Assembly: GCF_009914755.1 (NCBI RefSeq) | Contig: NC_060937.1 | Source: the human T2T-CHM13v2.0 reference genome, Homo sapiens | Reading direction: 5' to 3' (one strand) | DNA: 64,000 nt | The notes under the pieces: generated by a model | Told to the model about the DNA's origin: nothing | The model's input: the letters and a program-made list of their open reading frames with translations, nothing else | Databases searched by the model: none | Shown here: one piece after another, positions 35,429 to 51,023 of the stretch | Position numbering within the stretch: position 1 is the first letter of the stretch | Layout: each line of letters starts with the position of its first letter | Translations under genes and position numbers: made by a program

Positions 35429-35728
35429 GTACTACCTTAATATTTGTGACTATTACATTCTTAGAAAATAAGTTATTAGATGATGATCATAGTAGAAATT
35501 AGAGAAATGAGAATTGTGATTAACCACATAGACTTTACTAGAACTTTGTACTTATTATTTGCTAAAAGCTACTTAGGAGTTATAATGTAATTTTTTGAAG
35601 TACTTTGTATTAAGAATGAGAGTTGCCTTTTTTCCGCATAAGATAATGTGTCCAGGGTAGATGAAGATTAATGGTTTTATAAGTAATTGCATAAGAATTA
35701 TTAAATTAAAGTGATTTGATTTGATTGA

Positions 35729-36037
<309 letters not shown>

Positions 36038-36799
36038 TAAAAGTTTTCTTTCCTTGAAACAATTTATTCTAAAGAAGTAAATTAGTTCAGTGTTTTGATG
36101 TGTTATCAATGTTTTGAAAAAATATTTTTTTCCCATCTTTAAAAATTTATGCTTATAACCATCTCTGGATGAAGTGTATGTACTAAAGATATACTTAGGA
36201 ACAGAGACATTTTCTAGAATATTTTATTAGAATCATGGTTTTTAGCTAATTACCTAGTTCCTATACCAAATTCAAATTTGTTTTAATTTTAAGAATTACT
36301 TTTCCCTATGGTAAAAACAAGGCTATTTCCTAGGATTTTATAGTTTCCTACTACTGATTGAGGCATTTTGTAGCTAATTCCACCCCCCCCCCACCGTCCC
36401 CCCGATTATAAGTTAATATCCTCATAAATATTGAATGCCATTGAATATCTGTTTACTTTGGAAAAGGTATAAAAATACCCAAGTCTAGAAAACTATTCTA
36501 CCTACAAAACATTACATTTAGAGTTTGTAGTGTAAGACTTTTTTTGCTAGCAAACTGTATATAAAATGCTTATCCTTGATGGAAATAAGTCACACTAAAC
36601 TTTTACATTATGTTTCACCTGACTTCTTCCAGTCAGTCAGTTTAGACTAGCAACTTCATGTTCTCTCAACCACTTTAAAAGCCATATAAAAGTATCCCAA
36701 TTTTTTTTTTTCTAGATGACAAGAGGTACTTCTTTGCTTTTGTAACCTGTTCTTTTCTGTAACTCAAAATGGATGTCAAATATGAAGAACCCTATATAG

Positions 36800-37121
<322 letters not shown>

Positions 37122-38264
37122 TAGGGTAACTTCTATCACTAAAAACAGATGACTGTTTTAATTCTTGAAGATTAGTGCAAGTTAGTAAACAAATTTTAAA
37201 GCCAAGAATACTGAATTTTTTTAATAACTTGTATTAAGCCTTATTTAAATCTTAACTAGATTTAAGAATTAGATGATTGTTGTGAATTAGTGACAGCATC
37301 TTGATTGTGGCTTTATAGTTTTTGATATATGTGTGAGAAGAATTGCACATGAGTTTTAACCACTTTTATAAGAATTGTAACCATTTTGAATTCTTTCTAG
37401 AACATGTTAAATATTTGTAAAGGTTTCTACCTACCATAAATGTTTCAGTAAAAAGATTTCTCGGTGAAAAGTAATGGAGGAAAAAAATAGCCAATTTTAT
37501 TTGTATAGCTTAACATTTTTTTTGGTCAAATTCCCAAAGTAATTATAGTGATAATGAGTAACATCAGCTTGGGGAAATCGAGAGCAGGAAAGATTAGGTT
37601 CAATATTCCCAATAGCTTATTGGCTTGATTTGATAAAATTTTAGAATGGCATTTGTCTTAGCTTTTCTTTTGATAATCTCAAGAAATGTTATACAGAAAA
37701 TGCCAAACTTAATTACACAGATTTGAAAATGAAAATCCAAGAATACACATGTTGAGATGGATTAGCACTTTTTAGGTATCGGGAACTCGTAATGTTTGTT
37801 TGCATGAAAGAAGCATTTTATCTAAGATGCTAATGAAAGGGCGGTTATGTAACAAGTTAGGTCAGGCTGGGAGCCTAAGGTTGGGTGGGAAAGGCGCTTG
37901 ATATTCTAGAATGAGACCAGACAGAGAGGTAGGAAAAGAGCATTCATTATAGGGTTTACAATTTAAGATTTGTTTTTCTCCCAAATAATGTGTTAAAAAC
38001 AGGGATTAAAGACAGGTTTATCATTGCTAAAATATGTGTTCCTAATTGAATTGTAATGTGATTAGAAGTTCTCCTCACCTTAAGTACAAATGGCTTATTT
38101 TGTGGCACTAACAAAATAAGTCTGTATAATAGACTAATGTAATTAGAAAGAGTTATATATTTACTTCTTTAGAAAATTAGGCGCTTTTGAAATATAAAAA
38201 TACAACAGTGAAATACATCAATGGCAGAGTGAATCTAGTTATTAACAATGTTATCTGTTTATAG

Positions 38265-38457
38265 GCTAGACAAATGGCCGCCGTTCTCCTAAGACGTCTC
38301 TTGTCCTCTGCATTTGATGAAGTCTATCCAGCACTTCCCTCTGATGTTCAGACTGCCATCAAGAGTGAGCTACTCATGATTATTCAGATGGAAACACAAT
38401 CTAGCATGAGGAAAAAAGTTTGTGATATTGCGGCAGAACTGGCCAGGAATTTAATAG
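38265..38457 (+). CDS. IPO5: Importin-5 exon [13 protein letters not shown]...ELARNLI
   Basis: tag|GCT ... ATAG|gtgtgt; 193 nt; overlaps ORF 38274..38540. Confidence 0.97.
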
Positions 38458-39217
38458 GTGTGTATGCAGGTGCACTCATGTTACCAAGAACATGGGTATA
38501 TCCTTCCTTTTTTTTTTTTAAATGGAATCTTTTAGAGTAAGATTCATAAGTACCTGAGTACCATTTATTCTGTTTAAAATGAATGTGCTTATGGATTTTG
38601 CATTTAGAGCCAGAAATTACAGATAGATGTTTGTGAAATCCAGTCATAGGACTCACCTATTGGTATTCAAAATACCCATGTGAGGCTAGGCACAGTGGCT
38701 CACACCTGTAATCTCAGCACTTTAGGAGGCCGAGGTGGGCACATCGCTTGAGTCTAGCAGTTCAGGACGAACCTGGGCAACATGGCAAAACCCCGTTTCT
38801 ACAAAAAATTAGTGGGCGTGATGGTGTGCACCTGTAGTCCCAGTTACTTGGGAGGCTGAAATGGGAGAATCACCTGAGCCCCAGAAGCTGGAGACTACAG
38901 TAAGCGGTGATCACGCTACTGCACTCCAGCCTGGGCAACAAAGCAAGACTATGTCTCAAAAAAAGGAAAAAAAAAATCCATGTGGAAAAATAATTTTGTA
39001 ATTTGCTTGAAAATTGGCAGTTACATTTTCTCCTAAATCTATAATGTTTTAGAAGCACAGGCTAATTAATGGTATGACCTACTTTGTACATTAAACTTGC
39101 CAGTTGAACTAAAAATCAGAGACTCCAGTGCTTTTGCTGTTGTATATGTGTGGTGACAAATATATACATATACTGTTACGTAGCTATACTATGTATATAT
39201 ATTTTTTTTTTTTTTGA

Positions 39218-39529
<312 letters not shown>

Positions 39530-39632
39530 TAAGTGAGGTAAAAGGCAAACATCATAAAAAAATGCATTTTACTAAAGGTAAAAATCCTTTTTAGTCAACT
39601 AAAAATAATAGTAATGTAATTGAACATGCTAC

Positions 39633-40095
39633 TTTTTTATCTTGCTGCAAAAAGCTTTATTTCCATTTGGTCTAGTGCCTGGGAGAGGGCTCCAGCTTGG
39701 TTAAAAAGCTACCTAATGGCTGGAGGGAGAGGGTCAGGCAGAAGCTCTGATACATTGAGGGGGACCCTCAGAGGTCACTGGGCTTTTAGTGTTGTTTGAT
39801 GATGAGCCTTTTGAAGAGACACTTGCCCAGCTCAACATAGGAGCCAACTAGCCTGCGGAGGTTGGTCACGTGGTCACCCATCTTAATGAGTTTCACTTCC
39901 TCATCTAGGAAGTGGCTCTCCAAGAAGTCACAGAGATGGGGATCTGTGCAGGCAGAACCCAGGGCATGAAGATCCAACAGGGCCTGGTTCCTGGTACAAG
40001 TTCTTCTCCAGGGCCATGACAGCTTCCATGGTGTCTTGGGTTTTGTCCCACTCATCTTCATACTTCCTGCTCGTAGAAGAGAGTGTGGCCACCAC
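39633..40095 (-). pseudogene. 5'-truncated processed ferritin light chain (FTL) pseudogene, probably the one annotated FTLP8
   Basis: Minus strand reads [45 protein letters not shown] (FTL C-terminal half), intronless, frameshifted upstream; stop at 39786-39788; FTL-like 3'UTR with AATAAA (39656-39661) and short A-tail remnant. Confidence 0.93.
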
Positions 40096-41447
40096 TTTTT
40101 TTTTTTTTTTAGACAGGGATTTATAAGTGTGGTTGTAAGCGCAGCTTGTTTAGATGGCATTTTTAATAGTTGAAATGAAGATCAAGGTTACATGGGAGAT
40201 TACTATTGATTGAGCTTACTACATTATGACACTAATTTTAAAATCTCATCAACCAGTAATACAGTAAGTCCTTGTTCAATTCAGCTAGCAGATTGTATCC
40301 TTTCTTATGTCAACCATTTCTTAGAAACTAATGGGGAATGTGTCAATTCTTTATATTTTAGATGAGTTCAAATTAATTTTTTTAGACAGTTTTGTTCTGT
40401 TGCCCAGGCTTGAGTACAGTGGTGTGATCATGGCTTACCGCAGCCTCCACCTCCCAAGTTTAGGTGATTCTCCTGCCTCAGCCTCCCACACGCCCAGCTA
40501 ATTTTTGTATTTTTTTAGTAGAGATGGAGCCAACTGGGTTTCACCCTGTTTGCCAGCCTGGTCTCAAATGCCTGACCTCAAATGGTCTGCCCACCTTGGC
40601 CTCCCAAAGTGCTGAGATTAGAGGCATGAGCCACAGCGCCCAGCCCTAATTTTGAATATTTTTAAATTGTTTAGAAAATTCTACTTTCCAGTTTTAAGTA
40701 TGCAGATAGGAATTGTTATAGGTGACATCATTTCTCATTCAGAAACACTTAACAATGCAAACCTTTCCAAAGTATTCAAAGTGCTCTCATAGATTTTTTT
40801 TTTTTAAGCTGCTATTTTATTTCCCCTCAAAGCATCATCTTTAGGTTGAAGAAACATTTAATGTCAGCTTAGCAGCACAATTGTCATTTCACAAAAGTTC
40901 AAATATTGGGGGACGTTTAAAAAGAAAACATCTGTAATTCATCTGTAAGTTGTATAACTCTTAAGGTCTTTGTGGCAATATAACCAGAGTCTTATAAGTG
41001 GCACAGTAGATTTTTGTGGTCACTCATTTTTATTATAAAGTATTATTTAAAATCTCTTAATCTTGTTAAATAGTAAACATATTAATAACATCCTCTGGCA
41101 CTATTTGAACCAAACTGCAAAGTGTGAGCACCCTGTATGGGTCCTGAGATTCTAACCCTGATGTCTTCTCAAGTTCCAAAGTAGTTGTTACTTTGGTTTC
41201 AAGACCTTGCCACCAAATACTAGCTTTGCCTACTTTTTCAACTCTTTAATAGCAATGGTATATATAAAGGAGTCAGTCAATCAGATATTTGTACAGTTAA
41301 AAGTGCTGCCTTCTCTTCAAATTCCACTCCTTAGAAATAACCTCTGCCAGCCAGGTGCGGTGGCTCACGCCTGTAATCCTAGTACTTTGGAAGGCCAAGG
41401 CAAGTGGATCACCCAAGGTCAGGAGTTTGAGACCAGCCTGGCCATCA

Positions 41448-41719
<272 letters not shown>

Positions 41720-41904
41720 TTAACATGATTGTGATGCCATTTTTATGGCTAAAGGACAGAATTTTGTGGAGTTTTTAAAAATAGCAAAAGTGACATTTTT
41801 CACTACTCCAGGTTTGAATGAGGCTTATGAAATGAAAGGATTTACTCCTAGTATATTGAAGTTCTGACTTACACAACTTTATGTCTGGATTTCTTTACTT
41901 TCAG

Positions 41905-42007
41905 ATGAGGATGGCAATAACCAGTGGCCCGAAGGTTTGAAGTTCCTTTTTGATTCAGTCAGCTCTCAAAATGTGGGACTGCGGGAAGCTGCCCTTCACA
42001 TTTTCTG
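41905..42007 (+). CDS. IPO5: Importin-5 exon [16 protein letters not shown]...AALHIFW
   Basis: cag|AT ... TG|gtatat; 103 nt. Confidence 0.97.
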
Positions 42008-42968
42008 GTATATACATTAATCTAGTTTTTTGAGACATTTGATTTAATGAATGCCCTAAACACCTTTTAACTGATTATTTTAGCCTAATTTAACCTTATA
42101 CTTAAAATGATAATAATGCCTTTACATAAGTTTTGTTTGTATTTGTATTGGAAGCAATTTTTTTTTAAAGGGCCTTTTATTTCACATTATGATCTTTTTT
42201 GTACACAAAGGTTCTCTACAGCTTGCTTGCTTTCTCTTTGTCTTTTATGATTCTGAAAGTTTTATTGAACAGTTTCCTCTCCTTTATTTGGAGATTAACA
42301 CAATACTGGATGTAGCTTTTCAAAAGCCACATTAATAATGGTGTCTTGAAGAGGAGAAGGAGAATGCAGGTGAATCCCCATTATGTTTTCTGGGTCTTGT
42401 GTGACCCAATTTTATAATATGTTAAGAAACCTGTATATTTATAACCAAATAGTCTAAGTTTAGAATTAAGTGATTATTCTTTGCCCCACTGTGCTATATT
42501 TTTTTACTACACCTAAAATGTGCTCAAGATCATACACATTTTAGGCTTTGTATCATTTTGTACTTTAGTTGTCATATATATCTTTGTTTATATCAGTAAT
42601 TCAGATTAGAGAATGCAGATGGCCGGAGAGCATAGTTCTTGTAGTTTTCATCTGAAAACCTGTGGTTGCTCTTGTCCCATCCTGCACTCCAGGTCAGCTT
42701 TCGACTGAGACAGAGTAATAAGGATAAAAGCATGTAGCTGGGAATGGGCTGCTGAGTAGCCTCTACTCCCAGCCCAGACTTCTCCAGTATGTTTTCATTC
42801 ACTTAACCCAAAAACAGGATTGCTTAGAGAATGGGTAGATGATGTTCAACCTATGGATTAATGCGTACTGAGTCAGGTAAACAAACAGTTCATTAGAGAT
42901 TCTAGCTCATACTTTACCAAGATATTAATATAATGTAGTTTTTAAAGAATGTTTGGATTATCTTTTAG

Positions 42969-43065
42969 GAACTTTCCTGGAATTTTTGGGAACCAGCAAC
43001 AACACTATTTAGATGTCATCAAACGAATGTTAGTTCAGTGTATGCAAGATCAGGAACACCCGTCG
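42969..43065 (+). CDS. IPO5: Importin-5 exon [32 protein letters not shown]
   Basis: tag|G ... TCG|gtaaat; 97 nt. Confidence 0.97.
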
Positions 43066-43275
43066 GTAAATAATTTCAATCCTATTAATATAACCATCTA
43101 TTTTAATCTAATTTGCGAAAGAAATTAGTATATTAGGAGGTTGTTTTCACTTTTATACTTTAAAATACAAACACCAGTTTTACTGATAAAGAATAATTTG
43201 ATCTTGAGTAAGAAAACTTGAATTTGCGTTTATCAAAAATTTCTCATGTTTGACATTTTTTCCTCTTGATTTTAG

Positions 43276-43380
43276 ATCAGGACGTTATCTGCTAGAGCTA
43301 CAGCTGCATTTATACTTGCAAATGAGCATAATGTTGCTCTGTTCAAACATTTTGCAGACTTGCTACCGGGATTCCTACAG
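43276..43380 (+). CDS. IPO5: Importin-5 exon [12 protein letters not shown]...LLPGFLQ
   Basis: tag|ATC ... CAG|gtatga; 105 nt. Confidence 0.97.
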
Positions 43381-43939
43381 GTATGAAAGCAATATAGAAT
43401 AAATCATAATTATATCTTATTTGGTTCTTTAATGCATTCAATCATTTATGCAATAAATTCATATTGCCTATTATGTTCTGGCGCTAGGCATACAGCAGTG
43501 AACAAAACATGCAAATCTCAGTCTCCATTAAGCTTATGTTTACTGCCTTTGAAAGACATTTTTAGTCTCTTACAATATTTATAGTTATAAAATTTTTCTG
43601 TAATGTAAATGTTGTAAGCAATTATATGCTTATTGTTGAATTTATGGTCATGTAGATTATTTCCATTAAATCAACCAAATAACCTGTGAGATTTAATGCC
43701 CATTTTACATAAGGAGAAACTACTCTTAATTACAGGGTGTGTAATAGTTTGTATTATAATGTAAGTTTATGGTTAATTCACATTATCGTTAAGGATGTTA
43801 ATTTTTAAGAATACTTTCTGCTTTAATCAGAAAGCAAAATAAGATGAGACAAGATAGAGCATATATTCAGGGCAACTTGAATCTATGCTCCTGGGGAAAA
43901 AAATTTTATATTAATTAAAATTTAAAAGATTGGACAAGT

Positions 43940-44844
43940 TAGTGGTTCCCAACCTTGTCAGACTCCAAACTCCTTTTTTATGGCAATCTTTTAGTAATTT
44001 TTCATGTACTCTTCTAAAAATGAAATGCATAAGTAATGTAATATATATGCATAATTTTTTAGAATATTAATATATGGCCTTAATACAAAAAAGAAATGCA
44101 AAGAAACGTATAATAAAATGGCTTGCTTCTCCTTATGTAAATGGTCAGACAAGACTACACTGGAAGACATAATAGACTAGGTGGCTTCCAAGTGATCTGT
44201 ACAAATGCAATAGCTAAAACTGGACTAATAGCAAAGATATTGGCAAGTCAAACACCACAGTTCCCATTAGAATTGGTGATAAGATTTCCTAAAATAGTAA
44301 GGTTCTGAACAAAGCAAAGTAGAGGTTGAGTGTCTCTTATTCAGAATGCTTGGGAGTAGAAGTGTTTCGGATCTCAAAATCTTTTCAAATTTTGAAACAC
44401 TGTATTTGTGTTATACTTACCAGTTGAGCATCTCAAGTCAGAAATCCGAAATACTCAAATGCGCATTTCCTTTGAGTGACGTGTCTGTGTTCAAAAAGTT
44501 GAGGATTTCAGAGCATTTTGGATTTGGGATGTTCCACCTGTATGTATCCATTCTTGATTGATACAGTAGTTACATTGGAGGGGGGGATAACAGTTGTTAA
44601 AACCAGGCAAAAAATAATTTGTGAGTTAGTTTCTAGGTTCAGATCATTATAAAGAGTTTTCTCCTTTTTATAAATGTCTGGGATTTGTAATAATGTGAAA
44701 TGCATAATGAGAAGATCATGTAAGTCCCTTGTGCTTGTGTCACAGGTGCAGGACATTTAGTATCCATGGCCTTTGCCCATCCTCAATCGTGTGACCATCA
44801 AGAAATATCTCCTGGGTGAAAACCATTCCTCTTGAGAACCACTG
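43940..44844. mobile_element. hAT-Charlie-like DNA transposon fossil
   Basis: Terminal inverted repeats agtggttcccaa (43941) and ttgagaaccactg (ending 44844). Confidence 0.5.
44322..44540 (+). mobile_element. Tigger4a-like TcMar MITE
   Basis: gaggttgag...gaatgcttgggagtagaagtgtttcggat start, ccacctg end, TA on both sides. Confidence 0.75.
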
Positions 44845-45734
44845 AGTTAGAGAGGATTTAGAGGAGCTAAAATTGAAGGTTTCCACATGATAAGTTATTT
44901 AAAGGATTTAGTGAAACTTCTCTCCCCATGCTATCACAATGAAAAGATAGTTTCGTGACAGAACATAAATTGTAACATACTATTGCTTTAGTAGTTTATT
45001 ATCTGAAATCTCTAGTTACTGTTGAAATCTAATCCCGGTTTTCTTCCTCTGGATTTAGAGTAAGTTAAAATGTTTACCACAACTTTTAAGAGTTGTTATT
45101 CTGAAATAGATAATGATAAACACAAAATGCATACTTTAATACCACAGTGACCAGACTTAACATCCAAGATAAATAAAATGGGTAATATTGGACACTTTAA
45201 ATGTATTACAGGTTCTAGTACTTACTATGCGTATGAAAAAAACTAGGGCATGGATATAAGAAAGGACAGAAGAGCCAGGTGTGGTGGCCACACATGTTGT
45301 CCTGGCTACTCAGGAGTCTGAGGCACAAGAGTTGGAGGGTACTGTGAGCTATGATTGTGCCACCACACTCCAGCCTGGGCGACAGAGCGAGACCTTATCA
45401 CTGAAAAAATAAAAGGACAAAGGAAAGGGACTCCTGGTTATAAAAAAAAGTAATTCCTTGGTAGCCTTAAGTATTGTAATGGTTATTATAGTTTCACTGA
45501 TTTTCATTTTGACTTAGATGTAAATCTGTTTTGAATGTTTCTAGTTAACATCCATCAGAAGGAAGGTATACATGTGCCTGCAGGTAGAACATTTGCATAA
45601 TATAGATTGCTAAATTATTTAGTGAAAAATAGTTTAGTAATATTTCTCTATTGTCAGCATCTTAGGAATCTTTTGGCTAATGAGGCATTATAAAGTGAAT
45701 CTTCAGCACCGACTTTCTGTTTCATCTTTTCTAG

Positions 45735-45857
45735 GCGGTAAATGACTCGTGCTACCAGAATGATGATTCTGTCCTAAAATCCCTCGTTGAGATTGCAGAT
45801 ACTGTTCCAAAGTATTTGCGTCCTCACTTGGAAGCAACTCTACAGCTAAGTCTAAAG
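45735..45857 (+). CDS. IPO5: Importin-5 exon [11 protein letters not shown]...LQLSLK
   Basis: tag|GCG ... AAG|gtaaat; 123 nt. Confidence 0.97.
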
Positions 45858-45947
45858 GTAAATTAAGTACGTTAGTAAACGTTCTGTTTGTTATTTTCAG
45901 GGACTAATCTAAATTATTAAATGTATACAAATATGTCTTCTTTGTAG

Positions 45948-46068
45948 TTGTGTGGAGACACTAGCCTCAACAATATGCAACGCCAGCTTGCCCTTGAAGT
46001 GATCGTCACCCTCTCTGAGACTGCAGCTGCTATGTTAAGAAAACATACCAATATTGTTGCACAGACTA
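45948..46068 (+). CDS. IPO5: Importin-5 exon [20 protein letters not shown]...IVAQT
   Basis: tag|TTG ... ACTA|gtaagt; 121 nt. Confidence 0.97.
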
Positions 46069-46963
46069 GTAAGTCAATGGTCTTCAGATAGTTTATGTGT
46101 ATTGTGGCCAAATTTTTGGATAAATTTGCTGAGGGTTGTGTGATTTCTCAGATTGTTGAGAATATAATAAATATCCTTTTAGAATCAGATGAATTTGGGA
46201 AAATGCATCTCAATACATGCAAGCGTGGACCCCCACATTGTGGTTATGCCTTTAAGACTTTGCAGACACCCTGAAATCTGGTGTTAAAAATAACATTTCT
46301 AGAGTGGAGTGTGACAGACTCTATCATTTATATGTTAATATTGGGCACAGTTAATAGAGTCAAAAACAATTCAGCGGGGATATATAGATGCACAGTAGCG
46401 AACTACAAACCAAAATAGCATGTCTTGCTTACCAGTGAAGCCAGGATTAGAAGAACAAGGTCTAACACTAGTCATGGCTCTGTTCACTATATTACATTGC
46501 TTTTGTTTTATAGACCCTCGTTGCAGCAGAAACTTAAATGGCTATTGTGCTATGGAAATACTACTTTAAGTTTCATTGTGCTGGGATAAGGACTTGAGAA
46601 CTAACCTGATCATTTTCTGGCCTAGCCATTTCTTAATGAGCTAATGAGTACTTGAACACTTAATTTAGAGGGTAAATACGTCACCAGATTTATTATGTAG
46701 TGGTACCTACCTTTTGTCTTACACTGAGGTAGTGGTTGGAATTTTAGAAACATTCCCATTTAAGTCAGGAACAAGAAAAATATCTCCTTTATCACTGTTC
46801 ATGTTGTACTGACTGCCCCAGCTGATGCATTAAGAGATAAAAATAAGTTATAAGCATTAGAAACAATGGCTGGGTGCAGTGGCTCATGCCTGTAATCCCA
46901 ACACTTTGGGAGGCCGAGGCGGGCAGATCACCTGAAGTCAGGAGTTCAAGACCAGCCTGGCTA

Positions 46964-47192
<229 letters not shown>

Positions 47193-48009
47193 CTATGTGG
47201 TTATTGTCTACAAAAAGTTTTAAAGACTCAACAGATAAACTGCTAATCAAAGGGTTAAGCAAGATCCTTAGATATGAGAACATTTTATTGTAAGTGTTCC
47301 ATTATTCATAATAATCATTTAGAAAATTTTATAGGCATGAGTTATAGTAACTGGGAATAAATCAAAAGATGTACAAGACATATGGGAAAGTTGAATAACA
47401 TATTGAAAGACTAATAGAAGAACAAATTATCAGTTCTCAAATTAATCTAGGGTTATGATAGAACAATCCTGAAATTCTTCTGAAAGAACATAGGGCCTGG
47501 AGTAGCCAAGACAATTTTGACGAATAAAGTGGAGATCTTGTTTCATCAACTCTGTGAATTTAGAATGCATTGATGATGCAGGTGTTGACAATGGATCGGA
47601 TGGAACAAAGGGTAGAGTGTAGGAGAAGATCCGCTCACATGGGAACAAAGCCATTTTTAAAAAGATAATTGATCAAAAGTTCTTGGGGCCAGGCATACTG
47701 ACTCAGGCCTGTAATTCCAGCAATTTGGAAAGCCAAGGTGGGTAAATTATGTGAGCTGCTGAGTTTGAGACCAGCCTGGGCGACATGACGAAACCCTTTC
47801 TCTGCCAAAAATACAAAAATTAGTCGGGCATGGTGGCACACGCCTGTGGTTCCAGCTACTCAGGAGGCTGAGATGGAGGATTGCTTGAGCCCAAGAGGTC
47901 AAGGCTGCCGTGAGCCAAGATTGCACCATTGCACTCCGGCCTGGGTGACGGAGTGAGACCCTGTCTCAAAAAAAAAAAAAAAAAGTTTCTGGGATATCTT
48001 TCTTTCATT

Positions 48010-48262
48010 CTTTCTTTCTTTGTTTTTTTTTTTTTTGTTTGTTTAATAGGTTTATGGGGAACAGGTGGTGTTTGGTTTAGTGGTGATTTCTGTGATTTTG
48101 GTGCACCCATTACGGGAGCAGTGTACACTGTACCCATTGTGTAGTCTTTTATCCCTCACTCCCCTCCCACCCTTTCCCCTGAGTCCCCAAAGTCCGTTGT
48201 ATCATTCTTACACCTTTGCATCCTCATAGCTCAGCTCCCACTTATGAGTTGAGAATATAACT
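48010..48262 (-). mobile_element. L1PB-like 3' end fragment
   Basis: T tail then gaacaggtggtgtttggtt...agctcccacttatgagt, matching recalled L1PB 3'UTR. Confidence 0.7.
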
Positions 48263-50373
48263 GGTTATTTCTATGGGGAAAAAAATTCCAACTCTAGACA
48301 GCTTATTAAAAAAACAGGCCGGGCGCGGTGGCTCACACCTGCAATCTCAGCACTTTGGGAGGCCGAGGCAGGTGGATCACGAGGTCAGGAGATCGAGACC
48401 ATCCTGGCTAACACTGTGAAACCCCGTCCCTACTAAAAAATGCAAAAAATTAGCCGGGCGTGGTGGCGGGCGCCTGTAGTCCCAGCTTCTCGGGAGGCCG
48501 AGGCAGGAGAATGGCGTGACCCGGGAGGCGGAGCTTGCAGTGAGCCGAGATACCGCCACTGCACTGCAGCCTGGGCAACAGAGCAAGACTCTGTCTCAAA
48601 AATAATAATAATAATAATAATAATTTGGGGTCTACTCAAGACCTGAATATTACCTTGCACGCTGGAACTAGTTAAAAAAGTTAAGGGCTAAATATTACAG
48701 ATATATTTTACAAGTAATGCTTAATAGTAGATAATTTTCTAAGACTGAATCACAAACCATTGATGTAAACATTGCCAAATTGGCAAATGCGAAAACAATT
48801 TTTTGACCAATCAGATACACCATAAATGAACTGAAAAAATAAGCCACAAACTGGAAGAAAATAATTACAGTGCACACAATCAACAGTTTTGTTATCTAGA
48901 GAATACACAAAGGCTGAGAAGAGGAAATTCATTGCTTTTTTCTTCTTTAAGATGGGGTCTTGCTCTGTCATCCAGGCTAGAGTGCAGTGACATGATCTCA
49001 GCTCACTGCAGCCTCCCAAGTAGCTGGGACTACAGGCACGCACTACCACACCTGGCTAATTTTTGTGTTTTTTGGTAGAGATAGGGTTTTACCATGTTGC
49101 CCAGGCTGGTCTTGAACTCCTGGGCTCAAGGGATCCTCCCACCTAAGCCTCCCGAAGTGCTGGGATAACAGGTGTGCACCAGCAGGCCCAGTCAGGAAAT
49201 TCGTAAAAGAGGGATCTGAAATAGCTAATGAACCCTGCTAAGTCTCAATAAAAACAAGTGTAATTGTGGAATACAAGTTGTCCAGAAGTTTGACAGTATC
49301 AATTGTTAATAAAAGATGTGGAACTGAGAGGACGCTTATTCCACCCCCAGGGCACTTCACACATTTTTGTGAAATAACGGAGACCTCCACTTAAACTTCA
49401 CATAGTTTATGCAACAGCTGTGCAGAGCGCAGCTTGTTTGGTAATTTTCTTTTTTTCTTTTTTTAGACAGAGTCTCGCTCTGTCGTCCAGGCTGGAGTGC
49501 AGTGGTGTGATCTTGGCTCACAGCGAGCTCCACCTCCCAGGTTCACGCCATTCTCCTGCCTAAGCCTCCTGAGTAGCTAGGACTACAGGTGCTCGCCACC
49601 ACACCCGGCTAATTTTTTTGTTTTTGGGGTTTCACCATGTTAGCCAGGATGGTCTCGATCTTCTGACCTCGTGATCCGCCTGCCTCAGCCTCCCAAAGTG
49701 CTGGGATTACAGGCATAAGCCACCGCGCCTAGACTTGTTTGATAATTTTTTAGTACTATTTGAAGATAGTAATAACAATTTCATGCCTAGACTCATGCTT
49801 GTCAAAGAAAAGATGTAATAATCTCATCAAAGCAAATTTTATAGGAGGAAAAAATTGGAAACAACCAAAATGTTTATCAGCTAGACAGTGGGTAGTATGT
49901 TTATATAATGGAATGCTATTAAATAAACTGAAATCCTTATGTGTTGAGAAAAAAGCAAATTGCCGAGGTACATATATTATGAAACCATTTATTATATAAA
50001 AAATCAAATCTTGAAATAGTACTATAATTTTGTATAGAGATATGGAAATCTGTAGTTCAAGTGTGAAAAAACAATTGCGGAATGAGAAACATTTGTGATG
50101 TTGCTTCTTACCTCTGGTGATGGGGAGAATGTAATCGGATTTGGGAATTTCATAGGAGGGTTTGACTTAATGAATGTTGCTTTTTAAAGAAACGATAAAA
50201 GCAAATATAACAAGGTTAAAATTTAACAAACCAGGTTTTGGGGGCACAGACAAATAATTGTTTTGTCTTGTTCTCTTACAGGCAAAGTAAAATCTTAAAA
50301 TTCTTGTTTATAAATAGTGATATGGATAAGATAAAGTCACAGTCTTCGGGTATGAAATAATTGTTTACTTTAG

Positions 50374-50461
50374 TTCCTCAGATGTTAGCAATGATGGTTG
50401 ATTTGGAAGAAGATGAGGACTGGGCAAATGCAGATGAACTAGAAGATGATGATTTTGACAG
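50374..50461 (+). CDS. IPO5: Importin-5 exon [30 protein letters not shown] (acidic loop)
   Basis: tag|TT ... AG|gtaatc; 88 nt; acidic stretch typical of importin-beta family HEAT8 loop. Confidence 0.97.
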
Positions 50462-50810
50462 GTAATCAAACATTGTGTCCAGGGTGGCAGTGAAAGCCCT
50501 AGGGCTCCACGGTCCATCTCTTCACTATTGCACCCTGTAACCTGAAGGTAAACTTTTAAGCCTGGAATATGGGGCACTTTGCCTTGCTGTTGTATTTATT
50601 GCTGTGTCACATTTTATAAGTAGTATTTTCTTTAGTTTTCATGTATAATTTATATTAATAAAATTTATGTTTCTTGGAAGTTCATAAAAATATTTTAATA
50701 GTTAATACATAAAGTTGTATTTTATAATCAGGAACTGAAAGATACCTACAACAACAAACAAGGAAGTTTTTCTTTTTTAAAAAAAAGTATGACATGAAAA
50801 CAGCAAATAA

Positions 50811-51023
<213 letters not shown>

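Noticed and set aside
39786-40160. 124-aa ORF ending in ferritin-like sequence as a novel chimeric protein
   Set aside because: The N-terminal half is flank, poly-A-derived lysines and out-of-frame FTL; best explained as a pseudogene
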